A DNA stretch of 64,000 bases. Origin: an uncultured Chloroflexia bacterium. GTDB lineage: Bacteria; Chloroflexota; Dehalococcoidia; Dehalococcoidales; UBA2162. Shown piece after piece: positions 49,334 through 58,054 of this stretch. Every line of letters starts with the position of its first letter. Positions within the stretch are counted from its first letter, which is position 1. Both the position numbers and the translations under genes were made by a program. Location of the stretch: the NCBI GenBank assembly GCA_963745605.1, contig CAVUYC010000027.1:9190-73189 (forward strand), written 5' to 3'. A model generated the notes under the pieces. The model ran no database searches and was not told the origin of the DNA. It saw nothing but the letters and a program-made list of their open reading frames with translations.

Positions 49334-50268
49334 TGGAAAATGTTGCCGGGAAGACGGCTTTTGTCACAGGCGGTGCAAGCGGGATTGGATTGGGAATTGC
49401 CAAGGTGTTCGCCGCTAACGGAATGAAGGTGGTCATCGCCGAATCGCGCCAGAATGCAATTGATGATGCCATGGGCTATTTCAAGCCTAAGGGATTACCT
49501 GTTCACGCTATCAAGCTCGACGTCACTGACCGCCAGGCTTACGCCCGGGCCGCTGACGAAGCTGAAAAAGTGTTCGGCAAGATTCACGTTCTTGTCAACA
49601 ACGCAGGCGTTGGCACCGGTGGCCCACTGCAGACATGCACCTTTAAGGACTGGGACTATGCCATGGGCGTCAACGTGGGTGGAGTCATCAATGGAGTTGT
49701 GATTGTCCTGCCTCGCATCTTGAAACATGGAGAGGGTGGGCACATCGTATCCACTTCTTCAACCGCAGGGATCTTCGCCGTTGGCGGGAGTGGGATATAT
49801 ACCACCACTAAGTTCGCAGTGGCCGGGATGATGGAAGCGCTGGCTACGGACTTGCAGGGTACAGGAGTTGGAGCCTCGGTGCTCTTCCCTGGCCCGGTCA
49901 CGACCAACCTCGGGGTATCGACTCAAGCGAATCGCCCCGAGCATTTGAAGAACGCCGAGCCGCCACCAACCGCGCAGAGTGGTCAACGGCCCGGTTTAAG
50001 AGGAGACGTCTCCACTTTCATGGACCCTGTCGAAATGGGCGAACGCGTCCTGAGAGGAATTAGGCGTAACGACCTCTTCATCAACACCCACCCTGAATTC
50101 AAGGCTGGATACGCCATCAGAAATGAGGCGATTCTGAAGTCAGTCCCGGACGAGCCTGAGAATCAAAAACGCCACGAGACACTTAAGCTGTACGGAACAC
50201 TGCTTTACAACCCGATCTACGAAAAGCAGACAACACCCGGTTTGCTCCAAAGGACAACCAAGGAGTGA
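49333..50268 (+). CDS. Short-chain dehydrogenase/reductase (SDR) family oxidoreductase
   Basis: TGGASGIGLGIA (TGxxxGxG), NNAG, and S...YxxxK (YTTTK). Confidence 0.85.
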   Translation: MENVAGKTAFVTGGASGIGLGIAKVFAANGMKVVIAESRQNAIDDAMGYFKPKGLPVHAIKLDVTDRQAYARAADEAEKVFGKIHVLVNNAGVGTGGPLQTCTFKDWDYAMGVNVGGVINGVVIVLPRILKHGEGGHIVSTSSTAGIFAVGGSGIYTTTKFAVAGMMEALATDLQGTGVGASVLFPGPVTTNLGVSTQANRPEHLKNAEPPPTAQSGQRPGLRGDVSTFMDPVEMGERVLRGIRRNDLFINTHPEFKAGYAIRNEAILKSVPDEPENQKRHETLKLYGTLLYNPIYEKQTTPGLLQRTTKE

Positions 50269-50329
50269 GGAAACCGAGGGGTTTCCAGTCCGATAAGTCA
50301 GTCCGCCGGGCGCGGTTAAGGAGAGAAGA

Positions 50330-51292
50330 TTGAGAGACTTCAAGGGGAAGATTGCCTTCATAACTGGCGGAGGCTCAGGGGCCGGTCTGGGGCAGGCAAA
50401 ACTGTTCTCTGAGGCCGGTTGCAGAGTGGTCATTGCCGACGTACGTCAAGACCACCTGGATGAGGCTAAAGCTTATTTCCGCGAGAGAAAGGCAGAGGTC
50501 CACGCCATCAAGCTCGATATTACGGACCGCAAGGCCTATGCCGCTGCCGCTGATGAGGTGGAGAAGGTATTCGGCAGTCCGCCTCAACTTCTCTTCAACA
50601 CGGCGGGCGTGAATACCTTTGGGCCAGCCGAAGCATCGACTTTCGAAGACTTCGACTGGGTCATGGGCGTCTGTCTCGGCGGCGTAGTAAACGGGATGGT
50701 GACTTTCGTTCCCAGGATGATCAAAGCCGGGAAAGGCGGTCATATCGCCACGGTTTCCTCCTGGGGTGGCTTTATGGGTTTTGCGAACGACGCCCCTTAC
50801 GCCGCGGCAAAGGCTGCCGTGAATAACCTCATGGAGAGCTACTATCTCGCCCTCAAACCCTACGGAATAGGTGTCTCGGTCCTCTGTCCGACGAACATAA
50901 ATTCGAACATAGGCGAAGCAATATACACAAGGCCCAGACAACTTGAAAACACGGGGTACAAGGCCGACGAACAAACGGTCAATTTCTTGAGGTCGATTCA
51001 CGCCCAGGGCATGGACCCGGTGGAGCTCGCGGGCTGGCTTAAGCGAGGGATCGAGAACGATCAGCTTTATGTCCTTCCCTTCGCCAACGCCGACCAGATG
51101 TTGAAGGACAACTTCCAGAGAGTTCTCGACTTTTCCACCCCCGAAGGCAGCCGACGCCAGGACGAACTAACAAAGAAAAGAGCGGAACAGCGAGCGCGCG
51201 GTAATGATCCCTATGCCACGACGGATTCAGGATGGGGCAAAGCAAGGTCGGATTTGACATGGGTCGACCCGGCAGCACGGGCAAAGGGGTAG
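50330..51292 (+). CDS. Short-chain dehydrogenase/reductase (SDR) family oxidoreductase
   Basis: TGGGSGAGLGQA, NTAG, YAAAK. AAGGAG RBS before the TTG start. Confidence 0.85.
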   Translation: MRDFKGKIAFITGGGSGAGLGQAKLFSEAGCRVVIADVRQDHLDEAKAYFRERKAEVHAIKLDITDRKAYAAAADEVEKVFGSPPQLLFNTAGVNTFGPAEASTFEDFDWVMGVCLGGVVNGMVTFVPRMIKAGKGGHIATVSSWGGFMGFANDAPYAAAKAAVNNLMESYYLALKPYGIGVSVLCPTNINSNIGEAIYTRPRQLENTGYKADEQTVNFLRSIHAQGMDPVELAGWLKRGIENDQLYVLPFANADQMLKDNFQRVLDFSTPEGSRRQDELTKKRAEQRARGNDPYATTDSGWGKARSDLTWVDPAARAKG

Positions 51293-51315
51293 GTCGGGGC
51301 AGATGGAGGTAGATA

Positions 51316-53061
51316 GTGGCAATCACCTTGATGGATGACGTAGTTAATCCTCAGCCTCGGACATACGCTGAGAACAAGGGGACTTTTGCTTCCTCAGCCA
51401 TAGCGGTGGAGTCTCTGGCACCTCGCCTGGACACATTGGCAGGGAAGACCGTCTATCTGGTGGATATCGGCTACGGCGGCAGCTACAAATTCATGCAAGC
51501 CGTCGAGCGTTGGTTCAACAAGAATATGCCCTCGGTGACGACAGTACGCAAACGCAAGGCCGGAAGCGCGTTTCGCGATGATTCTCAGGAACTCTGGGAG
51601 GAGATCAAGGCAAAGGGCCACGCGGCCGTTATCGGAGTGGGTGGGTGAATAGGCTGTGTAACAGCGGTCGCTGATTGCAGTATCACTCTCGAGAAAAAAT
51701 ACGGAATCCCGACGGCTCCGTTCACCACCGGCGCCTTCATCTCGGTCGTGCGCGACGACCGGAGGGCTGGGTATATGCCTTTCCTTTTCACCCCCCATCC
51801 TGTGATAGGAATGTCCGACGCACAACTCGATGGATATGTCGTCGGAAACAATCCGGACACTGGCAGACCTGTGATCGAGGACTTGATTGATAACCTCACC
51901 AAACCAGTGGACCCGACGAAACTCAAGTTTCAGGCTGCTCGTGTTGATAGCAACGGAGCCGGAGGATTCCTGAAGGCAGACACAGAAGAGAATATTCAGC
52001 AACTCTTCTACGACAGGGGATGGACGGATGGATTGCCGATCGTCCTCCCCACCGAACAGCGCGTCAAGAAGATGCTCGCCGCAACTTGCGGTCAACCGGA
52101 CGAAGTAGTCGGCGAGATGATGAGGTTCAATATTCGCGGAACAGTCCAGTACACCGTTGCCGATGTGGCGGCCATCGCGGTAATGGCTGGAGCCAAACCG
52201 GAGTACTTCCCAGTCATCCTGGCCACTGCCGCAAGCAAACTGGACCCGATTCAGTCGTCATCCTCCAACTGGTCGGCGATGCTCCTCGTGAACGGCCCCA
52301 TCCGCAATGAAATAGGGATGAACTCTGGGATTGGAGCCCTGTCCCCTATCAACATGGCCAACTCGGTAATCGGGCGAGCCTGGTCACTGATGTCCATCTG
52401 CTGGCTGGACATGCGCCCGAGGGTAAACATGTGGTCATCTCTGGGAAGCAGTCTCAATTACAACAACAACTGCTGTGCCGAGAACGAGGAGGCTAGCGTC
52501 TGGGAACCTTTTCATGTTCAGAAAGGTTTTCGCAAGGACGAGAGCGTAGTGAGCATTTTCAGGGGCTGGGTGTTTGCCAACAGCGCCGGGACTGCCTCCA
52601 GGCGAACGATCGGCGAAGAAATGTGCCTCGAGATGAGCACTATTCCTCCGACCAACGCTAATGCCACCTTCGTCGTTGACCCTGCTATTGCCAGGATGCT
52701 GAAAGAGAAGGACGGGTTTGCCACTAAGCAAGATTTCAGCCGCTGGCTCTCTCAGAACATCAAGATGCCGGCTGGCAGATACTGGGGATATGACCACGTC
52801 GACTGGCTGGTCGCGCCGCAAGCCATCCAGGGAGTGGAGCCGTACTCTACCTTCATGAAAGCCAGGGCTGATGAGCTGATCGCACCATTCCATGATCCCA
52901 ACAAGATCAACATTGTGGTAGTCGGCGGAGACACCAACCCGCTTTGGAAATACTCGGAATTCGGGTATATGCGCAGCGAGTCAGTTGATAGGTGGAGGGC
53001 TGCCAGGTCAGGAGAGGAATGCGCTGACGGCACCTGTGGAATCCCCGACCCGGAAGAATAA
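51316..53061 (+). CDS. GrdB-like Sec-module protein, paralog 3 (intact; selenocysteine at TGA 51646-51648)
   Basis: ORFs 51316..51648 and 51748..53061 are one frame with no other stop: ...HAAVIGVGG-U-IGCVTAVADCSITLEKKYGIPTAPFTTGAFISVVRDDRRAGYMPFLFTPHPVIGMS... GGAGGT RBS before the GTG start. Confidence 0.7.
51658..51678 (+). other. Candidate SECIS minihelix of paralog 3
   Basis: GUAACAGC-[GGUC]-GCUG(A)UUGC starting at the 13th nt from the U of UGA. The GGUC apical loop and single bulge resemble my recollection of the E. coli fdhF minihelix. Confidence 0.5.
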
Positions 53062-53112
53062 ACCAGCCGAACAGTCATCCGGGCCGGTGCGCCCACCGCC
53101 AGCCGTTTTCTC

Positions 53113-53167
53113 CCCTTGGTGAGTCTGAGGACGTTTTGTTGTGGGGCGTCCTCAGACTCACCAAGGG
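53113..53167. terminator. Perfect 21-bp inverted repeat between convergent operons (putative bidirectional terminator)
   Basis: CCCTTGGTGAGTCTGAGGACG-13 nt-CGTCCTCAGACTCACCAAGGG. A competing helix TGGGGCGTCC/GGACGCCCCA spans 53142-53174. Confidence 0.5.
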
Positions 53168-53322
53168 ACGCCCCATTTGGTTAGACTCCGTTCTGCGAAG
53201 TCTCTGTCACGAGAAAGCAGGGAACAGGCGCCGGAGACACCATGCCACATCCCGGCGTAGGCGATGCGAATCAGGCAGGATTTGCGGAGACACAAAGGTC
53301 GGCGGGAATGAGAACGAAGCGA

Positions 53323-54129
53323 TTACCGGTCTTGGCGATCCAGAATCGCCGGATTGAACGCATTTGAGGTTGTTCTTCCTATTGCTGCAAAGCGCGGAGG
53401 GCAGACCTCAAAACAGGTCCCGCACTTGATGCACTTGCTCTGATCGATCCAGTGCTTCTGCCCCTTGCCGCCGACAACCGCCTCGGCCGGACATCTCCTC
53501 AAACAGATCATGCAAGCCCTGCATTTGTCCTGATCCACCTGATAGGAAGCCACCGATTCGAACAGGCTGGCTATCTCCTGGTCGGTGTACAGCGCGGCGT
53601 AGTCTTCGATTTTAGCTGGACGCGCCGCCAGCTTGTCCTTCTTCACAATCTTGATATAGGGAACAAGACTCGTGACTGTGTCGAGTTTCGCCTTGATATC
53701 GCTCTCGTCCAGACCCTCGCCGGCTCCGAGGGGTCCGAGCTCCTTCACCTGCCTGACGAAATCCGTGACTGTTTCAGCGAACAGAATGCCGTCTCCCGAA
53801 GACATGAACTCTATCCTGAGGCGGAGCGGATTAAGGCCGACGTACGCCATTATTCTCTTGCAGAGGTTGGCCTTGTTTAGGGCGCTGTAGTTGCCATGGG
53901 TTGTATAGTTGCACTCATCCAGTCTGCAGCCGACGATTAGTAAGCCATCGGCCCCGTCTGAGAAAGCGCGGAGGACGTGGCGCAGGTCAATTCTCCCGGT
54001 ACACATGAACCGGAGAAGTCTGATGTCAGTCGGGTATTGCAGCCTGGAAACTCCAGCGAGGTCGGCAGCGCCGTACCCTCACCAGTGGCAGACGAACCCG
54101 AGAATTTTGGGCTTAAACTCGATTGGCAT
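53323..54129 (-). CDS. mvhD: MvhD-like domain (selenocysteine at TGA 54079-54081) fused to a 2x[4Fe-4S] ferredoxin domain; BamF-like
   Basis: Own translation from ATG at 54129 (AGGAAGCGAGG RBS): MPIEFKPKILGFVCHW-U-GYGAADLAGVSRLQYPTDIRLLRFMCTGRID..., in frame with ORF 53323..54006. C-terminal CRACMICLRRCP and CIKCGTCFEVCP. Confidence 0.8.
54044..54056 (-). other. Weak SECIS candidate for the MvhD-like gene
   Basis: CUGGA-GUU-UCCAG, 22 nt after UGA. Short stem, so low confidence. Confidence 0.25.
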
Positions 54130-54162
54130 CCTCGCTTCCTTGAATTTCTTAGGGAACTAAGA

Positions 54163-57100
54163 TCACCGTGGCGACGCGAGGGCAGCATCGATTTCGCTCA
54201 ACAGCTGCTCGTCGGTAAAGTGCCTGGACATTATTGCCCCAGTGGGGCAATTTGAGGCACATAGACCATCGCCTTTACACAGCACCGGGTTTATGACCGC
54301 CTTGTTGCCCTGAGCGGTCGACTTGAGCTCAATTGCTCCGTAGGCACAACTTTTGACACAGGCTCCGCACCCCATACACTTCTTCTCAACCAAGTCACAC
54401 ACCGAACCTGACGCTGTAACCGTGTCATGAGACAACAAAGTGAGCACCCGCCCCGCCGCCCCGAATGCCTGATTGACCGTTTCAGTGATATGTTTGGGAT
54501 AGTGGGCCATGCCGCAAAGGAAAACCCCTTCGGCGGCAAAATCGACGGGCCGTAACTTCACATGAGCTTCTTTGAAGAAACCATCGGGTCCGAGGGAGAT
54601 CTTGAAAAGCTGGGCAACATCCTCGCTTCCGGCCGCCGGAACTACTGCGGCCGCCAGGGCGACAAAGTCAGCATCCAGAGCAAGCCTTTTCCCCAGAATC
54701 TGGTCGGTTACCGTTACCCTGAGTCTTCCGTTCTCCAGGGCCTCCACCACTGGTGCATCCTCGGGTTCGTAGCGGATGAAACTGACCTCTTTCTCCGCCG
54801 CCAACCTGTAGTGGTCCTCTTTGAAACCGTAGGTCCGCATGTCACGGAAGAGAATGTAGATGTCCGTGGAGGGGTTCCTCTGCTTCAGTGCCAGAGCGTT
54901 CTTGACCGAATGACTGCAGCACACACGGCTGCAGTAGTCTCGGTCCTTGTTCCTGCACCCCACACACTGAACCATGACGATGCTTCGAGCATCTGCCAGG
55001 CCCTCGTCTCTGCTGAAGATCTTTTCCTCGAGCTCCAGATTGTTCAAAACCCTATCATTCCGGCCGTACAGGTATTCGGTCGGAGAGTAGACCTGGGCGC
55101 CGGTGGCGATGACCGTCGCACCATGGCTGATTTGTTTCACGCCCCGCGTAGACTCAATGGTTGTCACGAAATTGCCCACATAGCCTGTAGCTGACGAGAT
55201 AACAGACCCTGTGTACACGTGGACCGAAGGATGCTCAAGCACCTTTTTGACGAGGTCGCGCAGATATTGCTGGACGTCCATGCCTTCCAGCGTCGACGTC
55301 AGTCTTCTTGCCACGCCTCCCAGGTCGGGCTCTCGCTCAATAAGGTGGACCTCGTGTCCTTGTGCCGCAATAGAGAGTGCGCAAGTCATGCCAGCAATCC
55401 CCCCGCCCACTACCAGCGCCGCCTTGTTCACCGGCAACTCGAATTCGCCAAGTGGCTCCAGATGGCCTGCCCGCGCCACCGACATTCGAATGATGTCTTT
55501 TGCTTTACGTGTAGAGTCTTCGCTCTCCCGGGAATGTACCCATGAGTTGTGTTCGCGGATGTTTGCCATCTCGAGATAGTACTGATTGATTCCCGCTTCC
55601 CGCACCGTGTCGCGAAATAGCGCCTCCAGCGTCCGCGGCGAACAAGCGGCGACAACTACGCGGTTCAGCCCCTTTTCCTTAATCATGTCCGTGATTTCCT
55701 GGGCGCAATTCGTGGCACAGGAAAAGAGCTGCTCCTGGGCATACGCGACATTCGGCAGGGTGAGCGCGTAATCGACAGTTGACGGCACGTCCACTACTCT
55801 TCCGATGTTAGCCCCGCAGTGGCAGACAAAGACGCCGATCCTCGGCCTCTCTTTGGATACATCCTTTTCCGGAGGGTATTCTCGATCTACACTCAGCTTA
55901 CCCCTGCGGAAATTCAGCAACTCGCCCGTTTGTGAAGCTGCGCCGCTGGCCGAGAATACCGATTCCGGTATGTCGACCGGACCCTGAAAGGCGCCGCTGA
56001 CAAACACTCCCGGCCTGGAGGTTCCGATGGGATTGTCGCCGTCGGTCTTGCAGAATCCGTGCTCGTTAATCTCGATTCCGAACTTCTGAGCCAGATCGGC
56101 AAATCCCGAGGGAGGGTTTAGACCCACCGAGAGCACCACCATCTCAAACTCTTCCTCGCGCACCCCGTCTTCGGGCGTAGAATAGCGAAGAGTGACGTTC
56201 CTGCTTCCGGGTACTTCTCGCCCCAGCGAAACGTAGCTTCTGACAAACCTCACCCCGGCCAGGTCCCTGGCCCGTTCGTAGAAGCGTTCGAAATCTTTGC
56301 CGTGGGCACGAATGTCGTTGTGGAATATCGTGCACTCCACACCGGGGTCGTGGTCTTTGGAGAGGATCACCTGCTTCTGGGCATAGGCGCAACAGACCGA
56401 TGAGCAGTAGCTATTGCCGCCGTCGATTATCTGCCTCGATCCGACGCACTGTATCCAGGCGATCTTGCGTGGGGGTCTCCCATCCGAGGGACGTCTAATC
56501 TCGCCTTCGTACGGTCCCGTGGCACACAGTATCCGCTCGAAATCCATACTCGTTACCACATTGGGCAACGTGCCATATCCGAAGTCCCCTCTTGCCTTCG
56601 GGTCGAACGGCTCGATCCCAGGCGCGAGAATAATAGCCCCGACGTTGAGCTCGATGTGCTGCGCCGTCTGAGTTAAGTCGATGGCTTTGTTCTTGCACAC
56701 CCGCTCGCAAAGCCGGCATTTCTTCTCCTTGAGATATAGACAGCTTTCGTCGATATAGGCGACCAGCGGAATCGCCTGGGCATAGTAGATGTGTACGGCC
56801 TTGTTGCCCGAGATTGACTGGTTGAACTTGTCAGGATAGGAAACTGGGCAATATTCGACGCACGTCGTGCAACCGTGGCACTTGTCTTCCCTGATATACC
56901 TCGGCTTTTTGACGAGGCTGACCTTGAAATCTCCGGCCTCGCCCTTCACCGCTTCAACATCGGTATACGAGAAGACCTCGATGTTCGTCTGCCGGCCGAC
57001 CTCGACCAGTTTCGGTGAGAGTATTCACATCGAACAATCGTTGGTAGGAAAGGTCTTGTCAAGCTGCGCCATGTGCCCGCCGATGGCGGGGAGCTTCTCG

Positions 57101-57255
57101 ACAAGGTAAACCTTGAAACCAGCCTTAGCCAGATCCAGCGAGGCTTCGATGCCGCTAATGCCTCCGCCCACAACCATAACATCCCCGAAGCGGACGTCAT
57201 CGAGGCTCTTGTAGAGTCTGCGCACTCGTTCATCTACTGAAGGTTCAAAAGTCAT
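54163..57255 (-). CDS. hdrA: Double HdrA-like Fe-S flavoprotein (selenocysteine at TGA 57025-57027); BamE-like
   Basis: ORF 57025..57309 ends ...[21 protein letters not shown] and continues in frame as [35 protein letters not shown], joining ORF 54163..56949. Two GxGxxG folds ([26 protein letters not shown]) and several CxxCxxCxxxC motifs. Confidence 0.85.
56992..57009 (-). other. Candidate SECIS hairpin of the HdrA-like gene
   Basis: CUGGUC-[GAGGUC]-GGCCGG (6 bp including 2 G-U pairs), 15 nt after UGA. The loop contains GGUC. Confidence 0.4.
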
Positions 57256-57335
57256 GGAATGCCTCGGAATGGAATGCGTCGTCGTTCGAATGATGAGATA
57301 CGCGTGCATCTATCCATTTCAGAAACCGGGGTTGC

Positions 57336-57911
57336 TTACCGGCCATCCGCGTTCTTCGCATTCTGGCTTGCCAGCCTTGCCACGGTGTCTATTACTCGCT
57401 CGAGTCCGTACTTGTTAATCAGCGCCTCCACACCCTGCTCCACCTCTACGGGCTTGACCTGGTCGTCAACTTCTTCTTCTCGTTCTTCATATATGAGGGC
57501 GTCATTGAGGCACCACTGGACACACATCGGCTTCTCCAGCGGGGGATCGCTTTCGCACATATCGCAGGTCAAGGAAAGCTCTGAGTCGGGCTCTTTGAAA
57601 AGGTCCCGTGACGGGCAGGAGGCACGGCAGAAGTCACACTCCTGGTACTCTTTGCCGCCTTCGGCGTACTTCAGCCGGCCAGTGCACTCCGCGGCAGTGT
57701 ATTCGCCGGCGAAGACTGGCAGGTAAATGTCCTTAACGGGCTGGTGAATTAGCCGGACGCGCGAGCGCGCCGGGTTGTTGATGCCGTACTTGGGCACGGC
57801 GTGAAAAGCGGAGCAGATCACTTCACAAGCCCGGCAGCCATTACACTTGTCCAGATCAACTTTGATGGTCTTGACGATCTTCTTCTTTTTCTCGTCACCA
57901 GCCACAGTCAA
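57336..57911 (-). CDS. Multi-[4Fe-4S] ferredoxin-type subunit partnering the AOR (BamC-like)
   Basis: 191 aa. CNGCRACEVICS, CDFCRASCP, CDMCESD...CVQWC motifs. Immediately downstream of the AOR gene. Confidence 0.8.
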   Translation of the reverse strand: MTVAGDEKKKKIVKTIKVDLDKCNGCRACEVICSAFHAVPKYGINNPARSRVRLIHQPVKDIYLPVFAGEYTAAECTGRLKYAEGGKEYQECDFCRASCPSRDLFKEPDSELSLTCDMCESDPPLEKPMCVQWCLNDALIYEEREEEVDDQVKPVEVEQGVEALINKYGLERVIDTVARLASQNAKNADGR

Positions 57912-58054
57912 CTCCCGTCTGGGAACCCATCTGAAACAGACTCGAAAATCGAGTGTCTAAACCATGAAGAGCACGCAGTGCGAATGCGGGCCGGTAGTCA
58001 TGGCATTTCGCCAATTCGAAATTGCTTCGCATTTCGGATTTCGTGCTTGCGGTT

